From Octopus sinensis (Eukaryota): a stretch of DNA of 64,000 nucleotides. A model generated the notes under the pieces. The model saw only the letters and a list, made by a program, of their open reading frames with translations, searched no databases and had not been told where the DNA came from. Shown here one piece after another: positions 10,493 through 24,139 of this stretch (positions within the stretch are counted from its first letter, which is position 1; each line of letters begins with the position of its first letter). Location: the NCBI RefSeq assembly GCF_006345805.1, contig NC_042997.1, positions 73,594,001-73,658,000 of the forward strand. The letters run 5' to 3'. The position numbers and the translations under genes were made by a program.

Positions 10493-13101
10493 GGAGAGGA
10501 AAAAAAATGATCAATAGGGATCGTTATCACAGAAATGTCAATATGAAGTGTAAAGGGGAGGACAGGTGAGGTTTACCCGTGAAAGAAAAGCCTGCGGAAA
10601 AGACCACGGTACCCTCGGTCAATGAAGTCACATTTTATATTTCTTTTTTTTTTTTTTTTTTTTTCAAATAAGCAACTCTCTGTTTTCGATTTCTGGTTCA
10701 TAGGACTATGCTCAAGGTGCTTCGTCATTCATACGTGCCATTCTTGCTACATTCACCCATCTTTTTTTAAAACATTCGCTAGACAAAACTTGCCTCTCTA
10801 CTCTCACTTTCCTTTTCAAGTGGTACTTGAAGAAGTTGATGAGAGATTGACCAGAGAGGAAAGTGTTTGTCTCCAATCCTTTCAGACGCGTCCACCAGAT
10901 ACATTCTTTCGCCATAGCCACAAGGATGATGAAAATAGCTCTTCCTTCCCGTTTGAAGGAAGGAGGCGTGACAATATTGACGATAGACTCAGCTGATAAA
11001 CCGACTCGTCCCACACGTGACAGCAGTTGTTCGACACAAGCCCACAGGTCGGAAATTGTTGGACACTGAACGAGTGCGTGCAGAACGGTTTCGTCGCTCT
11101 GACCGCATCTCGGGCAGGTCGGCCCCGTGTTTCTCGAGCCGTGTCTGTAGAGCTTATCCCGAACGGGTAGCGCTTCTCGGAGCACTGCCAGGCCAGGGAT
11201 CTCTGGAAGTTGTCCATGGGCCTGGCCCGAAAGTCGTCCCGAACAGGCGGGTCAGGTACTCCTCGTCGACGTCCAGGTTCGCCCCGAGCTCGTCGTCGTA
11301 CCTCCCCTCCACTAAACCCCTATAGAATGCTTTGGTTGTGTTGAAGTCACTTAAGGTCGACCCAGGACGGCAGAGTTGCTTGAGAGCAACGCGACGACTC
11401 GCGGTGCCATTCGCCCTTCCTCGGCCTCTTTTTGATCCACGACTGCAGTTCGGTCATGGAGACGAGCTGCGGGAAAGCGTTGCTCACAAACGGCGACCAC
11501 ACCTGTTCACCGTCGTCTACATAGAGCCAGAGATGTCGCAGTCTCAGCGCGTGTCTGCGCATCATCAACCACGGCATGCCCCCCTCCTTTTAACGGGTGT
11601 TGACAGCAAATGGATCGCCTCCATCGGGACGCATCCTTTCCACAAGAAGCGAAAGAGGATGCGTTGTAGTTTGGTGATGGTAGGGTCGGGACAAGGTACG
11701 ACGGTCAGCGGTAGTAGATGACGGACGCGATGTACGTGTTCGCCACCTCCGCTCGACCTTTTAGGGACAGTTTCCTCTCGGCCCATTGCCGGGCGAGAGT
11801 GACCACCCTACTCGTTATCTCGTTCCAGTTCTTCTCCACTTGGAGTCCGGACCAAACCAGACCCCGAGCACTCACCGGGCCGTCGGTCCAGCGTCCCACG
11901 ACGGAGGCGCTGTGTGACGGCATGGGCTTGCTTCTTCTCAGGTGCCTAGTCGCAAGCCCACTGACTTTTCCCGGTTGATTTTCGCTCCTGTCACCGCTTC
12001 GTAGTTTTTCAGTGTCTCGCCGACCAGCTCGATGTGCTCGTGGCTAGACACTATGACGGTGACGTCGTCCGCGTATGCAGACACGCTCGTCCCGCATCCC
12101 AATTCTCGCGGGATGCCCCTTAGAGTCGCCAGCTTCCGCAGTAGTGGCTCAAGAGTCATACGTATAGAAGCGCCGAGAGGGGGCATCCCTGACGGACCGA
12201 ACGTGCAATGTCGAAAGGTCTCGATAGATGTCCATTTAACGCGAATTACCGAACGGATGCCTCTGTACAAGGCAGCTATCCAGCCGCGGAAGACGGGACC
12301 GAAACCAGCCGCTCTCAGGACTGGCCTCCAGTATCGATGGTCTACCCTATCAAGGCTTTTGATTGATCCAGTTGATCAGGGCCCCACCCTGCCAGGTTCG
12401 TTAACTACCCTGTCTATGATGTAGCGCATCAGATGGGTTGTCATGGATGGTCCGGCCTGGCACGGCGCATGTTTGCGCCTTGTCGACCAGTTTCTCGATG
12501 ACAAGCGCCAACCTCTTGGCTAGCACCTTGGCCAAAATTTTCAAGTCTGCATTAAGCAGAGTGATGGGCCTAAAGTTATCTATTACATTTCCCTTGTTTA
12601 GATCTTTCTTCAGCAGTGTTACGGCTCCTCGGCTCACAAAACCAGGAATGCTCCCGTTTTGCTGCCAGTTGCAGTACACCGCCGCCAAGAGATCTCCAAA
12701 CAAGTCTGGCATACAATTGTAAAGCTCGTAGGGTAGACCATCCAACCCGGTGATTTGTCCCTCGAGCATCTGCCATCGCTTCCCGCACTCCGCCGCCGCC
12801 GTGATGGCACCTTCGCAGCACCCTGCCTTTCTTGTCGAGAGTCGTGGTAGGCTATGTAGGTAGGCACTGAAGTCCACCCTACGTTCTTGCCCTCCACTCG
12901 TTCCGAACAGTCGGGCAAAATGCTGCTGAAAGGCCTCACACATTTTACTTGGCTCGAGCAATTCGCGCCCCTGTTCATCTACCAGTGACCGAATGGTGGC
13001 TTTGTTGCCCTGTTGCGCCTCTGCCACCCGGGCCTCTCTCGCGGCTCCAACACCTTCGTTCCTTAGAGCACGCATCCTAGCTCTGACAGCACATCCTTCG
13101 T

Positions 13102-13102
<1 letters not shown>
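10296..13102 (-). mobile_element. Tx1-type LINE copy A1, 5'-truncated (RT + C-terminal CCHC + 3'UTR)
   Basis: NFRPITLLNADLKILAK, YADDVTV, CPRCGQSDETVLHALVQC, stop after LSIVL (~10697). The 3'UTR has AATAAA ~7 nt before the (ATCT)n tract. The 5' break at ...catccttcgtg|atagatag abuts GATA repeats. Confidence 0.93.
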
Positions 13103-13180
<78 letters not shown>

Positions 13181-13195
13181 TAGATAGATAGATAG

Positions 13196-13233
<38 letters not shown>

Positions 13234-13263
13234 TGATAGATAGATAGATAGATAGATAGATAG

Positions 13264-13349
<86 letters not shown>
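13103..13349. repeat. (GATA)n spacer between Tx1 copies
   Basis: Direct reading. Confidence 0.95.
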
Positions 13350-13421
13350 TGTTTCTTTATTAGCCACACAGGGCTGCACACAGATAGAACAAATTACAAG
13401 GTAGAGCTTTTCTTTTGAAGG

Positions 13422-13462
<41 letters not shown>

Positions 13463-13511
13463 GGAAGGGGGAGGTTCGATCAAAAGGGATCGTAAAAGGA
13501 GAGAAAGAGGA

Positions 13512-13546
<35 letters not shown>

Positions 13547-14505
13547 GGGAAAAAAAAAAAAAAAAAAAGGGGAGAGGAAAAAAAAAAAAAAAAAAAAAAA
13601 AAATGATCAATAGGGATCGTTATCACAGAAATGTCAATATGAAGTGTAAAGGGGAGGACAGGTGAGGTTTACCCGTGGAAAGAAAAGCCTACGGAAAAGA
13701 CCACGGTAACCTCGGTCAATGAAGTCACATTTTATATTTCTTTTTTTTTTTTTTTTTTTTTTGCAAATAAGTAACTCTCTGTTTTCGATTTCTGGGTTCA
13801 TAGGACTATGCTCAAGGTGGCTTCGTCATTCATACGTGCCATTCTTGCAACATTCACCCATCTTTTTTTAAAACATTCGCTAGACAAAACTTGCCTCTCT
13901 ACTCTCACTTTCCTTTCAAGTGGTACTTGAAGAAGTTGATGAGAGATTGACCAGAGAGGAAAGTGTTTGTCTCCAATCCTTTCAGACGCGTCCACCAGAT
14001 ACATTCTTTCGCCATAGCCACAAGGATGATGAAATAGCTCTTCCTTCCCGTTTGAAGGAAGGAGGCGTGACAATATTGACGATAGACTCAGCTGATAAAC
14101 CGACTCGTCCCACACGTGACAGCAGTTGTTCGACATAAGCCCACAGGTCGGAAATTGTTGACACTGAACGAGTGCGTGCAGAACGGTTTCGTCGCTCTGA
14201 CCGCATCTCGGGCAGGTCGGCCCCGTGTTTCTCGAGCCGTGTCTGTAGAGCTTATCCCGAACGGGTAGCGCTTCTCGGTAGCACTGCCAGGCCAGGGATC
14301 TCTGGATTTGTCCATGGGCCCTGGCCCGAAAGTCGTCCCGAACAGGCGGGTCAGGTACTCCTCGTCGACGTCCAGGTTCGCCCCGAGCTCGTCGTCGTAC
14401 CTCCCCTCCACTAAACCCCTATAGAATGCTTTGGTTGTGTTGAAGTCACTTAAGGTCGACCCAGACGGCAGACTTGCTTGAGAGCAACGCGACACTCGCG
14501 GTGCC
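13350..14505 (-). mobile_element. Tx1-type LINE copy A2, heavily 5'-truncated
   Basis: Near-identical to the 3' 1.1 kb of A1 and A3. The 5' break at ...cggtgcca|gatagatag is followed by (GATA)n at 14506-14549. Confidence 0.92.
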
Positions 14506-14540
<35 letters not shown>

Positions 14541-14549
14541 AGATAGATA

Positions 14550-14622
14550 TGTTTCTTTTTATAGCCACACAGGGCTGCACACAGATAGAACAAATTACAA
14601 GGTAGAGCTTTTCTTTTGAAGG

Positions 14623-14657
<35 letters not shown>

Positions 14658-14717
14658 AAGGGGGAGGTTCGATCAAAAGGGATCGTAAAAGGAGAGAAAG
14701 AGGACAAAAATAAGGGG

Positions 14718-14761
<44 letters not shown>

Positions 14762-17700
14762 GGGGAGAGGAAAAAAAAAATTATCAATCAATGGGATCGT
14801 TATCACAGAAATGTCAATATGAAGTGTAAAGGGGAGGACAGGTGAGGTTTACCCGTGGAAAGAAAAGCCTGCGGAAAAGACCACGGTAACCTCGGTCAAT
14901 GAAGTCACATTTTATATTTCTTTTTTTTTTTTTTTTTTTTGCAAATAAGCAACTCTCTGTTTTCGATTTCTGGGTTCATAGGACTATGCTCAAGGTGGCT
15001 TCGTCATTCATACGTGCCATCCTTGCTACATTCACCCATCTTTTTTTAAAACATTCGCTAGACAAAACTTGCCTCTCTACTCTCACTTTCCTTTTCAAGT
15101 GGTACTTGAAGAAGTTGATGAGAGATTGACCAGAGAGGAAAGTGTTTGTCTCTAATCCTTCAGACGCGTCCACCAGATACATTCTTTCGCCATAGCCACA
15201 AGGATGATGAAAATAGCTCTTCCTTCCCGTTTGAAGGAAGGAGGCGTGACAATATTGACGATAGACTCAGCTGATAAACCGACTCGTCCCACACGTGACA
15301 GCAGTTGTTCGACATAAGCCCACAGGTCGGAAATTGTTGGACACTGAACGAGTGCGTGCAGAACGGTTTCGTCGCTCTGACCGCATCTCGGGCAGGTCGG
15401 CCCCGTGTTTCTCGAGCCGTGTCTGTAGAGCTTATCCCGAACGGGTAGCGCTTTCCGGTAGCACTGCCAGGCCAGGGATCTCTGGAAGTTGTCCATGGGC
15501 CCTGGCCCGAAAGTCGTCCCGAACAGGCGGGTCAGGTACTCCTCGTCGACGTCCAGGTTCGCCCCGAGCTCGTCGTCGTACCTCCCCTCCACTAAACCCC
15601 TATAGAGCTGCTTGGTTGTTAGTACTGGGATGCGAGAAGTCACAGGTCGACCCAGGACGCGAGTTGCTTGAGAGCAACGCGAACTCGCGGTGCCATTCGC
15701 CCTTCCTCGGCCTCTTTTTGATCCACGACTGCAGTTCGGTCATGGAGACGAGCTGCGGGAAAGCGTGCCTCACAAACGGCGACCACACCTGTTCACCGTC
15801 GTCTACATAGAGCCAGAGATGTCGCAGTCTCAGCGCGTGTCTGCGCATCATCAACCACGGCATGCCCAGCCCTCCTTTTAACGGGTGTTGACAGCAAATG
15901 GATCGCCTGACCATCGGGACGCATCCTTTCCACAAGAAGCGAAGAGGATGCGTTGTAGTTTGGTGATGGTAGGTCGGGACAAGGTACGACGGTCAGGCGG
16001 TAGTAGATGACGGACGCGATGTACGTGTTCGCCACCTCCGCTCGACCTTTTAGGGACAGTTTCCTCTCGGCCCATTGCCGGGCGAGAGTGACCACCCTAC
16101 TCGTTATCTCGTTCCAGTTCTTCTCCACTTGGAGGTCCGGACCAAACCAGACCCCGAGCAACTCAACCGGGCCGTCGGTCCAGCGTCCCCCACGACGGAG
16201 GCGGGTGGACGGCATGGGCTTGCTTCTCCAGGTGCCTAGTCGCAAGCCCACTGACTTTTCCCGGTTGATTTTCGCTCCTGTCACCGCTTCGTAGTTTTTC
16301 AGTGTCTCGCCGACCAGCTCGATGTGCTCGTGGCTAGACACTATGACGGTGACGTCGTCCGCGTATGCAGACACGCTCGTCCCGCATCCCAATTCTCGCG
16401 GGATGCCCCTTAGAGTCGCCAGCTTCCGCAGTAGTGGCTCAAGAGTCAATACGTATAGAAGCGCCGAGAGGGGGCATCCCTGACGGACCGAACGTGCAAT
16501 GTCGAAAGGTCTCGATAGATGTCCATTTACGCGCGAATTACCGAACGGATGCCTCTGTACAAGGCAGCTATCCAGCCGCGGAAGACGGGACCGAAACCAG
16601 CCGCTCTCAGGACTGCCTCCAAGTATCGATGGTCCACCCTATCAAAGGCTTTCGATTGATCCAAGTTGATCAGGGCCCCACCCATGCCAGGTTCGTTAAC
16701 TACCCTGTCTATGATGTAGCGCATCAGATGGAGGTTGTCATGGATGGTCCGGCCTGGCACGGCGCATGTTTGCGCCTTGTCGACCAGTTTCTCGATGACA
16801 TGCGCCAACCTCTTGGCTAGCACCTTGGCCAAAATTTTCAAGTCTGCATTAAGCAGAGTGATGGGCCTAAAGTTATCTATTACATTTCCCTGTTTAGATC
16901 TTTCTTCAGCAGTGTTACGGCTCCTCGGCTCACAAAACCAGGAATGCTCCCGTTTTGCGCCAGTTGCAGTACACCGCCGCCAAGAGATCTCCAAACAAGT
17001 CTGGCATACAATTGCAAAGCTCGTAGGGTAGACCATCCAAACCCGGTGATTTGTCCCTCGAGCATTCTGCCATCGCTTCCCGCACTTCCGCCGCCGTGAT
17101 GGCACCTTCGCAGCACCCTGCCTTTCTTGTCGAGAGTCGTGGTAGGCTATGTAGGTAGGCACTGAAGTCCACCCTACGTTCTTGCCCTCCACTCGTTCCG
17201 AACAGTCGGGCAAAATGCTGCTGAAAGGCCTCACACAATTTACTTGGCTCGAGCAATTCGCGCCCCTGTTCATCTACCAGTGACCGAATGGTGGCTTTGT
17301 TGCCCTGTTGCGCCTCTGCCACCCGGGCCTCTCTCGCGGCTCCAACACCTTCGTTCCTTAGAGCACGCATCCTAGCTCTGACAGCACATCCTTCGTGTTT
17401 GGCGTTGAAGTGTTGGTCGAGGGCCAACCTCGCCGCCAAAACGTCGGATGCGATGCCGCTTCTAATTGCTTCTTCTAGCTTCTTAACTAGCTCACCCTCT
17501 ACTCTATTTCTATCTATGGCTAGTGCTTTGCTGTACCTAATCGCTTCTGCTTTTACTGCTCTCTTGAGGGCAAACCACCATTTGTTGTTGATGATGGCTC
17601 CCGTCAAAGCCCTCTTTACTAGTGTGCTAATCCGGTCTCTGAAAACTTGTCTCGATGGGAAAGACGCGTTTAGTTTCCAGTATCCGGGACCCTGCCTAAG

Positions 17701-18112
17701 TGTCTTACCTACCTAGTCTAGCGTACATGTCACAAGTTTGTGATCCGTGTAGCTGACTATGTGGAATTGTGGACATCCTATGCTATCTCTATCTACTGTC
17801 CTACACAGTATCCTATCTAGATACGATCTCGACGACCCGATGCGGTTGCTCCATGTCCACGTTGGCGCATTCGGGTGGTCTAGTCGAACCTGTCAGACAG
17901 TTGAAAGCGTCTGAGCAGGTCTCTGAGGCATTTGCATCCCCGTCTATTCCTATCTCTACCACGTAGTCTACATGCGTGTCCAAGGTAGCATTCCAATCCC
18001 CCACTAGAGTAAAGGACGAGACGTTCCCCAAAACTTCTAGACGTTGAAAGAAATCCGCCCGACCTGTTAAGGGCGGTGCGTAGACTGATACGAGTCGAAA
18101 AGCGACCCCATT
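14550..18112 (-). mobile_element. Tx1-type LINE copy A3, 5'-truncated within the APE domain
   Basis: LVGDWNATLD (APE), DQSKAFDRVDH, YADDVTV and CCHC. Near-identical to A1. The 5' break at ...gcgaccccatt|ctagatag is followed by (GATA)n at 18113-18168. Confidence 0.93.
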
Positions 18113-18134
18113 CTAGATAGATAGATAGATAGAT

Positions 18135-18169
<35 letters not shown>

Positions 18170-18462
18170 CTTTCTTTTATTAGACACGCAGGGCTGAATA
18201 CAGAGGGGACAAACAATGTAGAGCTTTTCTTTTCGAGGGTGGAAAAAAGAAGATAAATGTAAGATTGCGATCAAAAGGGATCGAGAGGAAGAAAAAAAAG
18301 AAAAGAAATCGTGTATCACAGAAACAATGATAAAAACATTGATAAAACAAGATTGGGTTCATCCGTGGGAAGAAAAGACTACAGAAAAGACCACGGGAAC
18401 CTCAGTCAGGGAGGAAATAAACACATGAGAGCAAAATGCTCTCTCTCTTTCTTTTTTACGAT

Positions 18463-21400
18463 CTACAGGATCATGCTCAAAATGGTTTCGTCACTCACAC
18501 GCACCATCTTTGCAACATTCACCCACCTTTTTTTTAATCTTTCGCGAGACAAAACTTCCCTCTCCATTCTCACCTTCCTTTTCAAGTGGTACTTGAAAAA
18601 GTTGATGAGCGATTGGCCAGAGAGGTAAGTGTTTGTCTCTAATCCTTTCGCTCGGGTCCACCACACACATTCTTTCACCATGGCCACCAGTACGATGAAA
18701 ACTGCCTTGCCTTCCCGGTTGAGGGAAGGGGGCGGAGCAACTTTCACGATAGACTCGGCCGATAGGCGGATTCGTCCCACATGTGACAGCAGCCGTTCGG
18801 CATAAGCCCACAGGTCTGAAATGGTTGGACATTGCACGAGTGCGTGCAGAACGGTTTCGTCGCTCTGACCGCATCTCGGGCAAGTCGGTCCAGTGTGTCT
18901 GGAACCGTGTCTGTAGAGCTTATCCCGAACAGATAATGCTTCTCGATAGCACTGCCAGGCCTGGGATCTTTGGTGATTGTTCATAGGTCCCGGCCCGAAA
19001 GTTGTCCTGAACAGGCGGGTCAGGTGTTCCTCGTCGACGCCCAGACTCTGCCCGAGTTCGTCGTCGCACCTCCCCTCCTCTAATCCTCTATAGAATGCCT
19101 GTGTTGTGCTGGAGTCGCACAAGTTCGATCCTGGACAGCAGAGTTGCTTGAGAGCAACGCGACACTCGCGGTGCCATTCGCCTAGCCTCGGTCTCTGCTT
19201 GATCCATGACTGTAGTTCGTCCAAGGAGATGAGCTGTGCGAAAGCGCGCCGCACAAAAGGCGACCACACCTGTTCACCGTTGTCTATGAAGCGCCGGAGA
19301 TGTCGCAGTCTCAGCGCATGTCTGCGCATCATCAACCACGGCATGCCCAGCCCTCCATTTAGCGGGTGTTGACAGCAAATGGATCGCCTAACCATCGGAA
19401 CGTTTCCCTTCCACAGGAAGCGGAAGAGTATACGTTCCAGTTTGGTGATGGTAGGGTCGGGACAAGGCACGACGGTCAGGCAGTAGTAGATGACGGATGC
19501 GATGTACGCGTTCGCCACCTCCGCCCGACCTTTTAGGGATAGCTTTCTCTCAGCCCATTTCTGGGTGAGAGTAGCCACCCTAGTCGTTATCTCGCCCCAG
19601 TTCTTCTCCATTTGGAGGTCCGGACCGAACCAGACCCCGAGCAATTTAACCGGTCCGTCCGTCCAGCGTCCCATGATGGAGACGCTGTTGGACGGCATGG
19701 GCCTGCTTCTCCAGGTGCCGAGCCGCAAGCCCACTAACTTTTCCCGGTTAATTTTTGCTCCCGTTACCGCTTCGTATTCTTTTAGTGTCTCGCCGACCAG
19801 CTCGATGTGCTGGTAGCTCGACACTATGACGGTGACGTCATCCGCGTACGCAGACACGCTCCTCCCGCATCCCAGCTCTCGTGGGATGCCCCTCAGCGTC
19901 GCCAGTTTCCGCAGTAGTGGTTCAAGAGCGCATCAGATGGAGGTTGTCATGAATACTTCTACCCGGCACGGCGCATGTTTGCGCCTTGTCGATTAGTTTC
20001 TTGATGACAAGCGCCAACCTCTCGGCTAACACCTTGGCCAAATTTTCAAATCTGCGTTGAGCAGAGTGATGGGCCCGAAATTATCTATGACGTCCCCATT
20101 GTTTGGGTCTTTTCTTAATCAGTGCCACTGCTCCTCGCTTTACAAAAGCAGGAGGAATACTCCCGTTTTGCTGCCAGTTGCAGTAGACAGCTGCCAAGAC
20201 GCCTCCAAACAAGTCTGGCATATGACAATAGAGTTCGTAGGGCAGACCATCCAAGCCTGGTGACTTGTCTCTCGCGCAGCCCCCCCCCCCCCTCGCATCC
20301 CGTACGTCCGCAGCTGTGATAGGCCTTTCACAAGACTCCACCTCTCTTGCTGAGAGTCGTGGCAATGCATGCAGGTAGGCACTAAAGTCCACTCTGCGTT
20401 CTGACCCACCACTTGTCCCAAACAGTTGGGTGAAGTGTTGTTGAAAAGCCCACACACATCCTTTTAGGCTCGAGCAATTCGCCCCCTGTTCATCTATAAG
20501 AGACTTGATGGTGGCTCTGTTGCCTCGTTGCGTCTCCACCACTCGGGCCTCTTGGGCGGCTCCAACTCCTTCGTTCCTCAGAGCACGCATCCTAGCTCTG
20601 ACAACGCATCCCTCGTGTTTGGCGTTGAGGTGTTGGTCGAGGGCCAATCTCGCCGCCAGCACGTTGGACGCGATGTCAGTTCTAAGTGCCTCTTCTAAAA
20701 CCTTCACTAATTCTCCCTCTATTCTATTTCGGTCTAATGCTAGGGCTTTACTGTATCTGACTGATTCTGCTTTAATTGCTTTTTTTAGGGCATACCACCA
20801 TCTGTTGTTGATGATGGTACCCGTCAAAGCTCTCTTAACTAATGTGCTGATCCGGTCCCTGTAAACCTGTCGTGCTGTAAAAGACGCGTTCAGTTTCCAG
20901 TAACCAGGACTCTGCCTATGTGTCTTATCTAAGTCAAGTGTACAAGTCACAAACTTGTGATCTGTGTAACTGACTATATGAAATTGTGGACAACCTACAC
21001 TATTTTTATTTATTGTCCTACAGAATACTCTATTTAAATATGATCTGGACGACCCAATGCAGTTACTCCATGTCCACATTGGCACATTCGGGTGGTCCAG
21101 TCGGTACCTGTCAGACAGTTGGAAACGTCTGAGCAGGTCTTTGAGGCATTTGCATCCCCTTCTATTGCTATCTCTGCCCACGTAGTCTAGATGCATGTCC
21201 AGGGTGGCATTCCAATCCCCCACTAAAAGTAAAGGACGAGACGTTCCCATGAAAGACTCTAGACGTCGAAAGAAATCTGGTCGGCCTGTTAAGGACGGAG
21301 CATAAACTGTTATCAGTCGAAAAGCACACTCATTGCTGCCATCGACATCCAAAACGACCAGCCTACCCTCCGGGTCTAGGAAAATTGCTCTTACTTTGAG

Positions 21401-21637
21401 ATCCAGACTCTTCCGGAGAAGCACCGCGGTGCCACCTCCGCCCATTCTCGGTAGACACGGAGAAAAATAAATGTTGAAATGTGTACCGAAACTGTGCTGG
21501 AGTGCCCGTGAGCTGTGGAGTCTGGTCTCACTGATGGCTATGATATTCAGATTTAGTGACTTGATGTCATTTAACAGGTAGCCTTGTTTCCAAGGCGACC
21601 CCAAGCCATGTACATTTATACTGCCTATTCTGAGCAT
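18463..21637 (-). pseudogene. ORF2 (APE endonuclease - reverse transcriptase - CCHC) of copy B1, disrupted
   Basis: ORF track 20081..21637 (518 aa, APE) and 18463..19857 (464 aa, RT C-terminal half + zinc finger), separated by frameshifts and a deletion. Confidence 0.9.
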
Positions 21638-21759
21638 GTTCCGATAAAAATTGTGTTTTACACACGAAAAGAAAGTGCAAAAAAGGAAAGAGAGAGAGAA
21701 AAGGTTACTTGTTGTTCGAAAGTCCTTTGTTTTTCACCTCACAGTCTTCTTCCATGAGG

Positions 21760-23950
21760 TTTTTATATAGTTTCTTTGATGAATATTTTTGAAATCTCCC
21801 TACTGCATCAGGGTAAAGAGATTTCAGGGTGATGTATGTGTTCTGTGTTACGTGTATTATTTTAATGTGTTGTGGTGGTGTTGTGCGTGGGTGGTTATTT
21901 GTTTTTATGTCGTTTTCAGTTATTTGTTGGTATTTGACCTAATGTGTTCTATTAGGTCGTGGTTGTTTGTGTTTATGGCTGTCAACATTGTTGGGGGGTT
22001 TGATGATGGTGTGTTTGTGTTAATGTGTTTGTTTTCTGTGGATGTTTTTGTTTCGGGAGTGGTGATCTCTCCTGCTTTGTTTGTTATCTTTTCTTTTCTT
22101 TTTTTTCCCCTTTTTCTCTCTCCCCCCTGTGGCTATTTTCCAATCTTCTGTGTCTTCTTCGTCTAATGACAAATCAGAGGAATCAGAGCTTGGAGAGGGA
22201 AAATATTGGGGTCTATTGTAGACTGTGTTGATTTTGTTGTTGGTGTTGGTTGGTGAGCGTTAGGTTGTGGTGTATGCGGTTTTGGAGGTGGGGTGTGGGT
22301 ATTTTGTGTTTGAGTGATTGTAGGTATTGTTGTGTTGTTCGGGGTGTCAATTTTGTGGAGATTTGAAGTAGTAATTGTTTCTTCATTTTCGATGAGTGTA
22401 TCTTTGGCAGATGTCCTTGGTTTGGGAGTTGGTTTATTCTTGGTTGTTGTTGTTGTTGGTGTTGCTTCTGTTCTTGGTGCAGTTGGTGTGGTTGTTTGGT
22501 TGGTGAGGGTTTTTTTTTTTGATTTTCTGTGATTAGTCCTGTTTGTACAAATTGTGGTGTGGGTAGTAAAGCTGGCTTTTTTGTTTTTTCCGGCTGCGGT
22601 TGTTGTTGCTGTTGTTTTCTTGCGGCATATTTGCAATCTTTTTTTAGGTGTTGCTCACTGCCGCATATGTAGCAACGTGGTCTTCTGCCATCGATGACCA
22701 CATACAACTTGTGGTCTTCTGATACACATATCTGGATGGGTATTTTCTTTGTCATCTTGGTTTATATGTAGTAGAAATTCTTCTTTTTTTCCCACCCAGT
22801 TTTTGTGTTCCGTGACCGTAGTTTCTAAATTGTGAAATCTTCCATTTTCACACATAAGGCCTTTACTAGCCATAGATTGTTCGCTATTTTGGGGACATTG
22901 TTTAAAGTGATCTTAGTCACTTTCTGTCCGATAGCTTGGTATTATGTCAGTTCATCTGAATGAAGAGTTAGCGTTGAGAAACGTTTTGCTAACTCTTCAG
23001 TGTGGAAGACCACTTGTATGTGTGCGAACTTGTTCCACCAGGTCACATACTCTTTGTAGTTCCAGATGGGTTTCAAGCATTTTTCGATTTTGCTTGTGTT
23101 AGCCTTCTCTGGACTTTTTGTTTTCTTATTAATTATTTTTATATAATAGTTCTTTTTTTTTCATTTTCTAATATTTCTTGTGGTATGTTTTTTTACTATA
23201 CCATCTACTTCCGTTATTAAAATTTTCGTATCTTTTATCTGCTGTGCAGTAAAATATACTGTTGTCTTTTTTTCTTTTATCGCCTCGGCGAAATTTGTTG
23301 TTGTTTTGTTATTGTTGTTGCTGGTGGTGATGTTGTTGTTGGCTGCAGTTGGTAAAATCGGTGTATTTGTTTTGATTGTGCAAGTAGGAAGGGGTGGGAA
23401 ATTACTTGCATAGTGTTGTTCTTGTGTTCGAGCAGCTTTTGTCAATTTGTTTGGTGGTCACAGTCTTTGTTTATTCTCTTCCGTCTTGTGTTTGGAGTAA
23501 ACAAGGTCTGAACGGAATTGTTGTTGTTGTTATTGTTGTTTTTGTTGTTGGTGTTGGTGGTGGTGTCAGTGGCAGAAGAGACAGCCGTGGCAGCAGATGT
23601 TGAAATGGTGGCGCAATTGTTGTTATTCTTGTTGTCATTGTTATTGTTGTTGTTGTTGGTAGTTGAGGTAGTGGATGAGGTGGCGGTGGTGGTAGTGGTA
23701 GAGGCGGTGGTGGTAGTAGTAGTAGACTCGTTGTTGTTGTTGTTAGTGGTGGTGGTGGTGGTGACAGTGCTGTTATCGCAAGTGGGTGCAGCGTTCACTA
23801 CCACGTCATTCAGGTTTGCCCTTTGCGTGCATGAGTTCTTTTTTTCTTCTCCTAGCGTTTCCAGACTAGGAAAATGGATGTTGGTCGATAAAGGAACGCG
23901 ACCAGCGTTCTACAATACAATTTCTCGACATTTTGAAAATGTCGAGAAGA
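21760..23950 (-). pseudogene. ORF1 (gag-like, zinc knuckle) of copy B1, disrupted
   Basis: Fragments: Thr/Asn-rich N-terminus, ASNFPPLPT..NFAEAIKEKK, KLYVVIDGRRPRCYICGSEQHLKKDC, and a Q/K-rich C-terminus. Confidence 0.8.
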
Positions 23951-24139
23951 AAATTACACAAATTAAATAGGGTTGAAACTGCCCCTAGGGGCGAATTCCT
24001 CCCTTGGAAAAGCACTCAAACGAAAGTTGGGTGCCTTACACACCCTATTTACAAAAATGTACCCAAAATATGGGCTATAAATAGTCAAAATAAACGATTA
24101 CCTTCGGAGCCGAAGTGACAGCACGTCCGTAGATGGATA

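Larger units (their letters stand above)
18169..24128 (-). mobile_element. Tx1-type LINE copy B1, approximately full length (5'UTR, ORF1, ORF2, 3'UTR), second subfamily
   Basis: ORF2 starts MLRIGSINVHGL (21637), with ISETRL, GDWNA, YTDH, YADD and CCHC. There is a deletion of roughly 0.3 kb in RT at ~19925. ORF1 has a CYICGSEQHLKKDC knuckle. The 5' end reads GGACGTG and is bordered by a short GATA remnant. Confidence 0.93.

Noticed and set aside
12401-13381. 326-aa ORF fusing (YLSI)n to RT
   Set aside because: This is an artefact of reading from the GATA spacer into the truncated 5' end of copy A1.
23940-24128. HDV-like ribozyme at the Tx1 5' end
   Set aside because: No P1 partner for the 5'-terminal GGACGUG and no nested double pseudoknot could be built.
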